Of a stretch of DNA of 42,392 nucleotides, positions 22,513-32,933 are shown in pieces. The stretch's first letter is position 1. Every line of letters begins with the position of its first letter. A model generated the notes under the pieces. The model was not told the origin of the DNA and made no database searches. It saw only the letters and a program-made list of their open reading frames with translations. A program made the translations under genes and the position numbers. Source of the stretch: Acidilobaceae archaeon UBA158 (GTDB lineage: Archaea; Thermoproteota; Thermoprotei_A; Sulfolobales; Acidilobaceae); NCBI GenBank assembly GCA_002506595.1, contig DAXV01000006.1, forward strand, positions 17,600 to 59,991. Direction: 5' to 3'.

Positions 22513-24488
22513 TGGAAGATAAAAGAGAATTCTACATGGGTATAGACATAGAAAGTGGGAGCCCCCTCTCTAAGGAAAATCACAAATTCTATGCTGTAAT
22601 AATAGATAATGATTTAAGAATAGTTAATAAAATAAAAGAAGTTACGTTATCATCATTAATAAGACTTGCGTGGGAATGGAAACCAAAAGTGATAGCAACT
22701 GATAATATTTTTGAAATCGTTAAAGATGAAAAATCGTTATCAAAAATTCTTTCACTCTTACCTTCACAAACCCAACTTGTACAAGTTACCATAAATGAAG
22801 GGAGGTTTGCTGATATAAAAGAGATAGCAAAACAAATAAACTTAGACATAGAACAAGGTAAGTTAACCCCAAGTAAAACAGCATATATAGCAGCTATTAT
22901 AGCGTCAAAAGGTAAAGGAACGAAGATATCATTTTCGAATGAGAAGACCCAAATAATTGTTTCCAAAGGTAGGTGGTCAAAAAGCGGAGGCATGAGCCAA
23001 AGTAGATATCAAAGAAGAATAAGGGCTTCAGTAAATATAGCTGCAAACAAAATTAAAGATCTATTAGAAAGATCTGGTATCGATTATGATATGTTCGTTA
23101 AAAAAGGAGAAGGAGGAATAGATTCAGCAATTTTTACTGTATATGCGCCTAGAGAAAAGCTCTATGGAATTGTAAGGCCTCATAAAGGTATTGATTATTC
23201 TATAGCAATTAAATCGATTTATGATGGAAAAATCTTATTTGGAAATAACTTAGATAAACCCGATAGACCTATTATTGTAGGTATAGATCCAGGCATTACT
23301 ACAGGCATTGCTATAATTGATTTAGAAGGAAATGTTTTATACTTAGGCAGCAAAAAAGAAATGGATCGAGGAGACATTATTTCATTAATATATTCTTATG
23401 GGAGACCTATATTGCTAGCCGTGGATGTAGATATAATACCAGATATGGTAAAGAAACTTGCCGGCCAAATAAATGCAGAAATATATGTACCAAAAGAAGA
23501 CATGCTTGTGGCAGATAAAAGCATATTAGCATTAAAAGCAACAGGTGGAGAAAATCCAGATACAACTCATGAAAGGGACGCATTAGCATCTGCATATAAG
23601 GCTTTTCTTAATTACAAATCCAAGTTATCTCAAGTAGAATCTTATGTAGAAAAAATAGATATAGACTTAGATATAGATAAAATAAAAGCTGATGTAATAA
23701 GAGGTATAACAATTGCAGATGCTATAGATAAACAAATTAATGAAATGCTAAACTTAAATAATGAAGAATATAAAGAAGAAACGGATAGTAATTGCAGCCA
23801 GGAAAAGCAATCAGATAATGAACTAATTTCTAAAATACAAAAATTAGAGGCAGAAAAAATTATATTAGAAAATAAGATAAATGAACTAATGAAATCCTTA
23901 GCCATTTCTGAAAGTGAAATCAAGTTAGCAAAACAAAAATTAAAAAGTGAATTACTAAAAGACGAAGAAATCAAAAAACTAAAAAATGATGTATCTAGGT
24001 TAAATTCACTAGTCAATGAACTCGAAGTAAGCATAAATATTGCTAATGAAAAGAATAATTTATTTAAATATATGATAATGAAAATATTAAACAATGAAAT
24101 AATAATTATAAAAAGACTTCAATCGTTAAGAATGAATAGCATTAAAAAAGTAGAAGACGTTTATGGTAAACTAAAGCCAGGAGATGTGATTTTAGTAGAA
24201 GAACAAGGATCTTTTGAAAACGATGCGATAAACTATATAATAAAAAATGATATAATGGCAGTTATAGTTAATAGAGAAGATACAACTTTAGCGGATTTAT
24301 TAAAGAAAAAAGGTATACCAGTTTTAAACAAAAGCAACTACAATATATTTGATATTGATATCTTTACCTTTGGCCCTTCATCTATTTTAAGAGATGCCTC
24401 AATAAAAAGTAAAGAATTGAAGAAAAATAATGCAGAAGGAATAGATTTAATGAATATAATAGATCAATATAGAAAAAATAAAATATAA
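22512..24488 (+). CDS. DUF460 (COG2433) protein: RNase H-like domains plus coiled coil
   Basis: MGIDIE, IATDNIFE, GGMSQSRYQRRI, IVGIDPGITTGIAIIDLEG, HERDALASAYKA and a heptad region. TGATG coupling to rio2. Confidence 0.9.
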   Translation: MEDKREFYMGIDIESGSPLSKENHKFYAVIIDNDLRIVNKIKEVTLSSLIRLAWEWKPKVIATDNIFEIVKDEKSLSKILSLLPSQTQLVQVTINEGRFADIKEIAKQINLDIEQGKLTPSKTAYIAAIIASKGKGTKISFSNEKTQIIVSKGRWSKSGGMSQSRYQRRIRASVNIAANKIKDLLERSGIDYDMFVKKGEGGIDSAIFTVYAPREKLYGIVRPHKGIDYSIAIKSIYDGKILFGNNLDKPDRPIIVGIDPGITTGIAIIDLEGNVLYLGSKKEMDRGDIISLIYSYGRPILLAVDVDIIPDMVKKLAGQINAEIYVPKEDMLVADKSILALKATGGENPDTTHERDALASAYKAFLNYKSKLSQVESYVEKIDIDLDIDKIKADVIRGITIADAIDKQINEMLNLNNEEYKEETDSNCSQEKQSDNELISKIQKLEAEKIILENKINELMKSLAISESEIKLAKQKLKSELLKDEEIKKLKNDVSRLNSLVNELEVSINIANEKNNLFKYMIMKILNNEIIIIKRLQSLRMNSIKKVEDVYGKLKPGDVILVEEQGSFENDAINYIIKNDIMAVIVNREDTTLADLLKKKGIPVLNKSNYNIFDIDIFTFGPSSILRDASIKSKELKKNNAEGIDLMNIIDQYRKNKI

Positions 24489-24489
24489 A

Positions 24490-25710
24490 CTAATAGAGAG
24501 TTGTTTCACCCTTTAAAATTCTCATTGTTAAAGCTGGCAAATTCTCAAGATATTCATCAACAATACTATTTATTTCTTGCTTTATATTTGAAGTAAGTTT
24601 AGTATTATTATCAAGTATAACTGCTACATCTGCAATTAGCGGATCATTAATTGGTCTACCTATTTGGCCTAATAGTCTTATAGTTACTTCTTTTAATCCA
24701 TTTACTTTAGAGTATATTTCCTCGGCAAGCTCTTTTGATGCAATATTATATATCTTACCAATATGTGTAACTGGGTTCTTACCTGCAGTTGCTTCTAAAC
24801 TCATAGGTCTCATCGGTGTTATAAGTCCATTAGCTCTATTGCCTCTACCAGTTGCACCATCATCTCCATGTTCTGCGCTAGTTCCAGTTACAGTTAAATA
24901 GAAAACACCCTCATCAGGTAAATCACCATTATTAACATAAACCCTAACATTATAGTTTGGAGCAATTTTAGATGAAAGATCTAAGATCTTTTCTTTTATT
25001 TCTTCCTTTATTTCTAAATATTCGCTTGGCGTATTAACAAATCTTGAAACAATTGCATTTGCTATTGTTATATCTATATTATTTCCATTTCTTAATCCCA
25101 TAACCTTAACATCTTCTCCAGAAGCTGGAACCCTATTTTTAAAATCTTTGCTATTTAATGTCCTTTCAGTTTCATATACTAGCCTTTCTAAAGTTGACAT
25201 AGGAGCAAATCCTGCACCAAAACTCGTATCGTTTGATCTATGTGATTGGGATTTTGAATCATATATACCTCTTAGATCAGAACTTCCTTTACCTATTTTA
25301 TAATCAACAATAACATGTTGTTCTGGATCTAGGAATCTTAAATTATTTGATATCCAATCTTTAACAGCTTTAACTACTATGCGACCAACTGGTATTTCTT
25401 CAACACCTTCGGATGTCCTTACTTCCGTTGTAGCTCTACCAGAAACTATTATGTAAATAGGTTGAATAACATCGCCTCCTCCCCATCTTGGTGTTGCCTG
25501 TCCTCCAACAAGCAACACCTTATCTAAATTATGGTGCATTATTACCCCATATTTTTGCAAATAATATAAACTTAGTTGCCTACTAGCCTCTTCAGAAGCT
25601 GCATCACTTATATAATCAGGATGGCCAAGGCCCTTCCTTTCAACAAGTTCTATTTGATTGTCCTGAACCGAAGATGCAGTAATTTCTCTAACAACTATAT
25701 TTTTCACCAA
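24490..25710 (-). CDS. mat: Archaeal-type S-adenosylmethionine synthetase
   Basis: [47 protein letters not shown] and [13 protein letters not shown]. Confidence 0.98.
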   Translation of the reverse strand: MVKNIVVREITASSVQDNQIELVERKGLGHPDYISDAASEEASRQLSLYYLQKYGVIMHHNLDKVLLVGGQATPRWGGGDVIQPIYIIVSGRATTEVRTSEGVEEIPVGRIVVKAVKDWISNNLRFLDPEQHVIVDYKIGKGSSDLRGIYDSKSQSHRSNDTSFGAGFAPMSTLERLVYETERTLNSKDFKNRVPASGEDVKVMGLRNGNNIDITIANAIVSRFVNTPSEYLEIKEEIKEKILDLSSKIAPNYNVRVYVNNGDLPDEGVFYLTVTGTSAEHGDDGATGRGNRANGLITPMRPMSLEATAGKNPVTHIGKIYNIASKELAEEIYSKVNGLKEVTIRLLGQIGRPINDPLIADVAVILDNNTKLTSNIKQEINSIVDEYLENLPALTMRILKGETTLY

Positions 25711-25915
25711 TTTTCACACCCTTTAATCCATACCTCTGAATTTTCAAATAATATGTAAAGTTTTAAATTATTTTGCTCTATACTTATTAGTTTTATTTAT
25801 ATACAAAAATTTAATATTTTATAAAAACTAGCTAATTGTATTTATATAGTTAATTGAAAAAAATCAGAAGATAGACATAAATACCTATAAATCTATAATA
25901 TAAAAGGGTGAAAAA

Positions 25916-26743
25916 TTGCAAAAATCTTTTTTGTATGAAATAGGAAATACAAAAGTCTTTACTATTATTGATAAAACAAGACCAATAGCGTATAGTGATG
26001 ATTCAATAGCAACATTAAGGAAGATTATAAGAACTACTGGTGCTAGAGCATTGCCAATACTTGATAGAAATTCAGGTGAATTTTTAGGAATTATTAATAG
26101 AAGCGATGTATTAATAGTATCATCGACGAAAACAAATGCAACTTCCTCATCAATAGTTAAAGAACCCTTAATAGAAATTAATGAAAACAATACAGTGTTC
26201 GAAGCTTTAAATTTAATGTTTAAATATGATTTATGGGAAGTTCCTATATTAGATGAGAAAAAATATATGGGTTTATTAAGTATATCAGACATAGTAAGAT
26301 TACTATTTAATAAGGCTAAAGATTATTTAAAAAATCTTAGTGTAGAGAATTATATGACAAAAGATCCTATAACAGTTAACATTGATGACCCAATATCAAA
26401 AATTTGGAAGAAAATGATGGAATATAAATATGCAGGTTTCCCAGTTATAAATGATAAAGAAAAGCTTGTTGGGATAATTACTCAATTTGATCTTATTAAA
26501 AAAGGTTATACAAGAATACATTTAGAAAGTGAATCTGGGATAACAAATCCTACTAAAGTTAAAGATGCTATGACTTATACTGTAATATATGGATATCCAT
26601 GGTCAACACTTTATGAAATTGCTATACCTATAGTAAAAAAGGATTATGGAAGAATACCTATAGTATCTAGCGAAAACGATAAAAAAGTGGTTGGGATAAT
26701 TGATAGAGAAGATATAGCTAAAGTGATAACTAGAGGTGAATAA
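25916..26743 (+). CDS. CBS-domain protein (four CBS repeats) 1
   Basis: Repeats ALPILD..GIINRSD, VPILD..GLLSISD, FPVIN..GIITQFD and IPIVS..GIIDRED. Confidence 0.92.
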   Translation: MQKSFLYEIGNTKVFTIIDKTRPIAYSDDSIATLRKIIRTTGARALPILDRNSGEFLGIINRSDVLIVSSTKTNATSSSIVKEPLIEINENNTVFEALNLMFKYDLWEVPILDEKKYMGLLSISDIVRLLFNKAKDYLKNLSVENYMTKDPITVNIDDPISKIWKKMMEYKYAGFPVINDKEKLVGIITQFDLIKKGYTRIHLESESGITNPTKVKDAMTYTVIYGYPWSTLYEIAIPIVKKDYGRIPIVSSENDKKVVGIIDREDIAKVITRGE

Positions 26744-26745
26744 AC

Positions 26746-27735
26746 TTGAGTAGCTCAAAAAAGATGACAAATATTAAGATATCTAAGTATGTTAAACCTA
26801 TAACAAATGTATCTTCTAAATATTCAATAGGCTATAGATACATTAGGGCTGATAGCGAACCTAATTGGTCACAAAGAGTTAAAGAAAAAAGTGGAGATGC
26901 AGGTCTGTTAGCTTCAAAACCAGCTATTACTATAAATCAAAATTCAACTATATTGGAAGCGTTAGAAAGGATGTCCTCTTCCAATGTTAGAGGATTAATT
27001 GTATCTGATACAAAACAATTATTAAAAGGAATAATTATGGCAACGGATCTAGTTAATTACCTTGGAGGAGGGGAATTTTATAATATAATCCAACAGAGAT
27101 ATAACAAAAACTTATTTAATGCACTTCAAAATGAAAAGGTATCTAGCATAATGAATACAATGCCTGTCTTTGTCAAATCATCTCAAAAATTAACAGAAAT
27201 AATAAAATTAATGGCAATAAATAACTTAGGTATGTTACCGGTTGTAGATGATCAAAATAAAGTTATTGGAGTTATAACAGAACACGATATTGTAAAACAA
27301 ATAACATACAAAGACACTGGCAAAAAAGTTTCGTCGATAATGACATCTAATATTGTTTCTGCATATGAAAATGACACTTTAAAAAGGGCTGCCCAGCTAA
27401 TGTCATTATATGGATTTAGAAGAATACCGATAATTTCTATGAAAGGAAATGAAATTATAGGCATTGTTTCGGCTAAGGATTTCGTTAATTTCTTCGGATC
27501 ACATGAAGTTTTTAAGAATGCCAGCTCATATAATATAGAAGATATATTATCATTACAATTAACCCTGATAATGAAAAAAGAAATAAACACAATTAATGAA
27601 AATGCAGACATTGGAGAAGCTGCATCAGAAATGATGAAACATAATACAAACAGTTTAATAGTTATTAACGATAACAATGAGGCTGTTGGTATCATAACTG
27701 AAAGAGATTTATTAATGTCATTAGCATTGAGGTGA
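26746..27735 (+). CDS. CBS-domain protein (four CBS repeats) 2
   Basis: GIIMATDLVNYLGGG, LPVVD..GVITEHD, RRIPII..GIVSAKD and GIITERD. Confidence 0.92.
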   Translation: MSSSKKMTNIKISKYVKPITNVSSKYSIGYRYIRADSEPNWSQRVKEKSGDAGLLASKPAITINQNSTILEALERMSSSNVRGLIVSDTKQLLKGIIMATDLVNYLGGGEFYNIIQQRYNKNLFNALQNEKVSSIMNTMPVFVKSSQKLTEIIKLMAINNLGMLPVVDDQNKVIGVITEHDIVKQITYKDTGKKVSSIMTSNIVSAYENDTLKRAAQLMSLYGFRRIPIISMKGNEIIGIVSAKDFVNFFGSHEVFKNASSYNIEDILSLQLTLIMKKEINTINENADIGEAASEMMKHNTNSLIVINDNNEAVGIITERDLLMSLALR

Positions 27736-27739
27736 AATT

Positions 27740-28597
27740 ATGGCACCAAGAATTTCTTCATATATGAAGACCCCAGTATATGCAGTATCTTCTAACGACT
27801 CTTTAGCACACGCTAGAAATCTAATGCTCAAAAAAGAAATAAGCAGACTAGTAATAGTTAATGAGAAAGATGAGCCTGTTGGAATACTAACCACAACAGA
27901 TATTATAGATGCTTTATTTGGAAAAAATTATCAAAAACCCTTAGAATCAATATTAGTTGGAGAAGTCATGACTAAGGATCCTATAATTATTGAAGAATCT
28001 AAGAGTTTGAAGTCTGCTTCTCAATTAATGCTGAAGCACAGAATAGGAGGATTACCAGTCGTAGATGCTAACAAAAAACTTGTAGGAATTTTAACAAAAA
28101 CTGATATAGTAAAGGCATTTTATGATAAATATAAAGGAAAATATAAAGTTGGAGATATAATGAGAAAAGATTATTCAACCGCATTACCTGGACATAGCAT
28201 ATTTTATATAGCTAGGTTAATTGAAAGTGATCCAACCGGTAAAGTTATAATTATAGACGAATCTAATAAACCTATTGGAATAATAGCCAAGAAAGATATA
28301 GCTTATGCTCAATTACCCTTGTCTATTTTAATGTCAAGAGGTAAAGATAGATTCATAAGAAACAAAGTTCCAGATTTATATAAAGAAAAAATTATTAGTT
28401 TGAGAATGTATCTTGTGCCTATAGCAGAAGATATAATGTCATCAAATCCATTTATAGTTAGGCCTGAAGATGATGCAGCCGATGCAGCAAAAATAATGAT
28501 CGAAGAAAATATAGGTGTTTTACCAGTTGTAGATAATAATGCACTAATAGGAATAGTGAGCAAACTAGAATTAATGAATGTAATAGCAAAGGATTAA
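27740..28597 (+). CDS. CBS-domain protein (four CBS repeats) 3
   Basis: HARNLMLK..GILTTTD, GGLPVVD..GILTKTD, GIIAKKD and LPVVD..GIVSKLE. Confidence 0.92.
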   Translation: MAPRISSYMKTPVYAVSSNDSLAHARNLMLKKEISRLVIVNEKDEPVGILTTTDIIDALFGKNYQKPLESILVGEVMTKDPIIIEESKSLKSASQLMLKHRIGGLPVVDANKKLVGILTKTDIVKAFYDKYKGKYKVGDIMRKDYSTALPGHSIFYIARLIESDPTGKVIIIDESNKPIGIIAKKDIAYAQLPLSILMSRGKDRFIRNKVPDLYKEKIISLRMYLVPIAEDIMSSNPFIVRPEDDAADAAKIMIEENIGVLPVVDNNALIGIVSKLELMNVIAKD

Positions 28598-28612
28598 TCA
28601 AGATAATATTTA

Positions 28613-29527
28613 TCAATCAAATAAGTTATTTACATATTCTTTCGGATCAAATTTCTTTATGTCATCATAACTTTGTCCATACCCCAAATAAATAATTGGC
28701 TTTTTAGTAATACTTGAAACTGATATTGCTACGCCTCCTTTTACATCAGCATCTATCTTAGTTATAATAATAGCATCAATTCCTATATTTTCGTTAAATA
28801 ATCTTGCCTGCTCTACTGCATCATTTCCAGTTAATGCATCTATCACCAATATCTTCATATCAGGCTTTGTTACTCTAGTTATTTTTTTCAATTCCTCCAT
28901 TAGATCAACATCGCTATGCATCCTTCCAGCTGTATCTATTAATACAGTACAAATCCCTCTAGACTTTGCATATAAAATTGCATTATACGCAACGCTTGCA
29001 GGATCTCCACCATATTGACCTTTTATTATAGGAATATCGAGTCTTTTTGCGTGGACATCTATTTGTTCTTGTGCACCTGCTCTAAAGGTATCTGCACCAG
29101 CAATTACAACAGATATATTATTTTTCTTTAAAACATTCGAAAACTTAGCTATGGTTGTTGTTTTACCAACTCCATTTATACCCAAAAATACTATAACAAA
29201 AGGTTCATTTTTAGAACATTTATTTCTTATCTTTGCTATTATATCATCACTTTCATATTCCATAAGTTTCATTATAGAGTTTTTGAGAGAATCTTTAACT
29301 ACATCTTCAATATCTTCTCCTCTTTTAATTCGATATCCTATCAATTCTTTTTTTATGTTTTCAATTATATTTTCTGCCACATCAAATGCTACATCATTTT
29401 CTATCATGTCTAATTTAAGATCTTCTAAAACTTCCTCTATATCATCCTCTTTTAATTCTTTATATTCTACTTTTTCCTTAATAGTATTTGATAATTTTTG
29501 AAAGGCCTTTTTAAGGCCTTCAAACAA
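28613..29527 (-). CDS. ftsY: Signal recognition particle receptor FtsY
   Basis: GINGVGKTTTIAK, DTFRAGA, DTAGR and TKIDADVKGG. Start moved to TTG 29527 (MFEGLKK), just after the pfdA stop. Confidence 0.96.
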   Translation of the reverse strand: MFEGLKKAFQKLSNTIKEKVEYKELKEDDIEEVLEDLKLDMIENDVAFDVAENIIENIKKELIGYRIKRGEDIEDVVKDSLKNSIMKLMEYESDDIIAKIRNKCSKNEPFVIVFLGINGVGKTTTIAKFSNVLKKNNISVVIAGADTFRAGAQEQIDVHAKRLDIPIIKGQYGGDPASVAYNAILYAKSRGICTVLIDTAGRMHSDVDLMEELKKITRVTKPDMKILVIDALTGNDAVEQARLFNENIGIDAIIITKIDADVKGGVAISVSSITKKPIIYLGYGQSYDDIKKFDPKEYVNNLFD

Positions 29528-29531
29528 AATA

Positions 29532-29969
29532 TCACACCTTTTGCTGTTGAGCTTGTTCACTTATTTGTTGCAAAACTGCTTCATATTGATCCTGTAGTTT
29601 CTCAAGCTGAGATAATCTTTGACCAACATCATTTATTGCATTGTTTAATTCCCCTTCTCTTTCAGTTAAAATTTTCATAGCCTCATTTGTTTCTAATTTT
29701 GCATAAATATCAGCGCCAAGATATATAATGAAATGGTTCTTATCTATAGGTTTTGCTATGCTCATAGCTGTATATCCAGGATCCAAAGGAAATATAATAT
29801 TTTCTTCGTTGTTGTTACTAATCGCATCTATACTAGATTTTGCTTTTGCTATTCCATCTCTTTGTAATAATAATTGGGAAATAAGAGATCTTAATTGGGA
29901 AATTTCAGATCTTATGGCCTCAAGTTGGACTATTAGTGTATTTACATCTATTGTTTGAGTTTTCGACAT
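29532..29969 (-). CDS. pfdA: Prefoldin alpha subunit
   Basis: Two coiled coils around beta-hairpins (IIFPLD...IIYLGADIYAK) and the conserved rplX-pfdA-ftsY order. Confidence 0.93.
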   Translation of the reverse strand: MSKTQTIDVNTLIVQLEAIRSEISQLRSLISQLLLQRDGIAKAKSSIDAISNNNEENIIFPLDPGYTAMSIAKPIDKNHFIIYLGADIYAKLETNEAMKILTEREGELNNAINDVGQRLSQLEKLQDQYEAVLQQISEQAQQQKV

Positions 29970-30235
29970 TAAAACTTCACCACTTTATTTGTTTCTAGCA
30001 ATTTTAATATATATGGATCAGAAACTTGATCAAGAGGAACTTCGTCTATTGACTCTATTTTTATGTGTTCTCTCTTTAATTTATGCCTACTGCCTAATTC
30101 AGAATATATTCTTTCTATAGCATGCTCCTTTTTCGTTGCTCTAACATATATCTCAAATTTATTCCATATTGGGTATTTATCATGAGATAACATCATTTTA
30201 CCTTTGACAAGATATACCTTTATTTCATTTGACAT
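29969..30235 (-). CDS. rplX: 50S ribosomal protein L18Ae/LX (eL20)
   Basis: AIERIYSELGSRHKLKR..IKI signature. Confidence 0.95.
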   Translation of the reverse strand: MSNEIKVYLVKGKMMLSHDKYPIWNKFEIYVRATKKEHAIERIYSELGSRHKLKREHIKIESIDEVPLDQVSDPYILKLLETNKVVKF

Positions 30236-30397
30236 CTTTAATCCTCTCTCTTTTCTTTGATCCCCATCGCATAATTATTCAAGCAACTTTTTAAATGTTT
30301 TTAAAACAATGTGATAATTTATTATTAATCAAATAAAATGTAACACTCCATTTTAGTTTATAAATTCTAGGATATCGTAAAGATATGGTGCTGAAAT

Positions 30398-30685
30398 TTG
30401 CCAAAGAAGAGAGAAAGCAGAGGAAGAAGGAAAGGAGATAAAGGTAAATCAAAGCTAATACAATGTGATAATTGTGGAAGATTAGTTCCAGAAGACAAAG
30501 CAATATGTGTTACTAGAAATTATATGCCAGTCGATCCTCAATTAGCAGAAGAATTAACCAAAAAAGGAGCCATAATACCAAAATATCCAGTGACTAAATG
30601 CTATTGCATAAGTTGTGCAATTCATTTCGGATTAGTTAAAATAAGGGCAGAGGACTCAAGAAAACCAAGAACCAACCTATTTTAG
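30398..30685 (+). CDS. rps26e: 30S ribosomal protein S26e
   Basis: PKKRESRGRRKGDKG, CDNCGRLVPEDKAI and YCISCAIH. Confidence 0.97.
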   Translation: MPKKRESRGRRKGDKGKSKLIQCDNCGRLVPEDKAICVTRNYMPVDPQLAEELTKKGAIIPKYPVTKCYCISCAIHFGLVKIRAEDSRKPRTNLF

Positions 30686-30704
30686 GTAGTTCTTGGGGAT
30701 TTTA

Positions 30705-31652
30705 ATGAAAAACGAAGTTTTAATCTCTGCACCTAGTCATGTACATGTAGGAAACATAGACCTAAACGGAAGTTTGGGAAGGAAATATGGAACATTAGGT
30801 TTTGCATTAGAAAGCCCTAGACTTGTTTTAAAATTAAAAATATCTGATAAGGATTTCATAAACGATAAAAATGCATTAAATTACATTTCATTATTTAAGC
30901 AATACCTTAATTGCAATAAATATTTTGAAGCCAAAATTTTAGAAGATATACCTGCTCATGTAGGCTTAGGAAGAACTACAGCATTAGCATTATCGATTGG
31001 TTTTGGAATTAATTATTTATGCAATAAAAAAGCAAGCATTGAGGAATTGGCGAAAGCCTCTAATAGAGGTAATCAAAATTCTGGATTAGGAGTAAATTCC
31101 TTCAAACATGGAGGATTTATAATAGATGGAGGAATTAAAGCAAATAACGTTGCACCACTAATTTTCAAAGGAATAGTCCCAGATAATCTAAGAATAGTAG
31201 TTGCTTTACCAGAAAGGCCAATCCAAAGTATATTAGAAATTAAAAAAAGGGAAGATGAGATACTTTCTAATTTACCTATTATGGAAGAGGCTTTTTCATC
31301 ATATTTATCAAGGATTGTGTTAATGAAGATAATGCCTAGTTTTGTCGAAGGTGATTTTAAATCCTTTGGAGAGGGATTAACTGAATTTAATTCCTCATTA
31401 GGAAAATATTGGAAAAAATATCAAGATGATATCTATTGCTGTAAGGAAACAGAAGAAATAATAAAAAAATTCCTAAATATAGGAGCTTATTGTGCTTGCC
31501 AATCAAGCTGGGGACCTACTAGTTATGCAATTTTTGACTATAATGATTCCATAAAAGCCGCTGAAGAAGTTAAAAAATTAATAAAAGATTTGGGCGGAGG
31601 AAATATTTGGATAACAAAAATAGATAATGTTGGAGCATTCTTAAAGGCTTAA
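30705..31652 (+). CDS. Beta-ribofuranosylaminobenzene 5'-phosphate (RFAP) synthase-like protein, GHMP fold
   Basis: PSHVHVGNIDLNGSLGRKYG, IPAHVGLG, SGLG..SFKHGGFIIDGG and QSSWGPT. Confidence 0.88.
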   Translation: MKNEVLISAPSHVHVGNIDLNGSLGRKYGTLGFALESPRLVLKLKISDKDFINDKNALNYISLFKQYLNCNKYFEAKILEDIPAHVGLGRTTALALSIGFGINYLCNKKASIEELAKASNRGNQNSGLGVNSFKHGGFIIDGGIKANNVAPLIFKGIVPDNLRIVVALPERPIQSILEIKKREDEILSNLPIMEEAFSSYLSRIVLMKIMPSFVEGDFKSFGEGLTEFNSSLGKYWKKYQDDIYCCKETEEIIKKFLNIGAYCACQSSWGPTSYAIFDYNDSIKAAEEVKKLIKDLGGGNIWITKIDNVGAFLKA

Positions 31653-31734
31653 TTTTCCATATATTTATCAAGAAAAAATAATACATAAAAATTTATGAAT
31701 TCCCTTAAATCATTAAAAAGGCGAGTAGATAAAG

Positions 31735-32382
31735 ATGCAGGAGAAAAGAAATAAAATAGGAGATATAATAAAATCAATAGATACATATTTAAAAAAATTA
31801 GATTCTATTAGGGAGGAAATTGTTAAGATATCAAGAGATGTTATAAGATATAGTGGATGGAGCATTACTGAAGTTCATAAAGGAGATGTAAATAATGCCT
31901 TAAAGTATTTGATCGAATGTGAAAATAAAGCAAAAGAATTAATAAAGCTCTCGTTAAATGCTCCGGAATTAACTTATTCAGGTCTAGTATACAATGCGCT
32001 AAGTGAATATGTTGAAGCGAAAGTCTTTTTGAACATAATAACAGATAAAGAAATTCCAACAAATGATGAATTAAATGTTCCACCTGTTCCTTATCTTCAA
32101 GGTTTAGGTGATGTTGTCGGAGAATTGAAAAGATATTCTCTTGAATCTGTCAGAAAAGGAGATTTCGATACTGCGTGGAAATCATTAGAAACAATGGAGA
32201 CCATTTATTTAGAAATGAGAGGTCTTGATTATTCTGATTCAATATTACCCGGAGTAAGACATAAGATTGATGTAGCAAGAAATTTGATTGATGAAACAAA
32301 ATCTCTGCTTGTAGATTTACAGTCAAGAGAGGATTTAAAAAGCATATTAAATAATTTATTGGAGAGGAAGAAAAATGAGTAA
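31735..32382 (+). CDS. Translin/TRAX family protein (archaeal C3PO-like RNase)
   Basis: REEIVKISRD, EYVEA and YLQGLGDVVGELKR, with TRAX-type acidic catalytic residues present. Confidence 0.9.
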   Translation: MQEKRNKIGDIIKSIDTYLKKLDSIREEIVKISRDVIRYSGWSITEVHKGDVNNALKYLIECENKAKELIKLSLNAPELTYSGLVYNALSEYVEAKVFLNIITDKEIPTNDELNVPPVPYLQGLGDVVGELKRYSLESVRKGDFDTAWKSLETMETIYLEMRGLDYSDSILPGVRHKIDVARNLIDETKSLLVDLQSREDLKSILNNLLERKKNE

Positions 32383-32920
32383 TACAGATCCTATAGATCA
32401 AGCATTTAGAAATATAATGGAAAAAATCTATTGGATAGAGGATTCTAACGAAGCTGAAAAAGAATTAGTAAAATGGTTAAATAAAATGGACGAAGATTTA
32501 AAGAATCTCTTATTAGAAAGAAGGAAAAAATATTGCGGAAATCCAATGTCAATAATGGAAGTAATCGGGTTGCAAAATTATTTAGATCAAAACGAAGAAA
32601 ATAAAAAAGATATTGAATATAAAATCGCTATGGCTAAAGAATTAATAGATATGGGTTTATTACTTCAATGCCTTCAAGTTTGGAATGACATGGAGCCAAA
32701 AATAAAAGCAAAAGTTTTGGCACCATTGTATAAGGCATCTTATGCTTATGAATTAGCTTTAAAAAATGGGTTAAATGATATTGATGAAACTCATTTAAAT
32801 AAATCTATAGAAATGGCAGAAGAGGCCTTAGAAAGAGCAGATGATTTAGGATTATTAAGCGAGCTTAGATCTTATTTGGAAAGTTCCTTAGGAAGATTCG
32901 TTTCCAGCACATTTAATTAA
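32375..32920 (+). CDS. Hypothetical alpha-helical protein
   Basis: 181-aa ORF with an SD (GGAGAGG) that overlaps the translin stop. No motif recognised. Confidence 0.75.
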   Translation: MSNTDPIDQAFRNIMEKIYWIEDSNEAEKELVKWLNKMDEDLKNLLLERRKKYCGNPMSIMEVIGLQNYLDQNEENKKDIEYKIAMAKELIDMGLLLQCLQVWNDMEPKIKAKVLAPLYKASYAYELALKNGLNDIDETHLNKSIEMAEEALERADDLGLLSELRSYLESSLGRFVSSTFN

Positions 32921-32933
32921 ATTCTTTAAAAGG

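Noticed and set aside
30225-30272. 15-aa minus-strand ORF MRWGSKKRERIKDVK resembling the start of L41e/eS32
   Set aside because: Too short, not Arg/Lys-rich enough, overlaps the rplX start, and is explained by a purine-rich leader.
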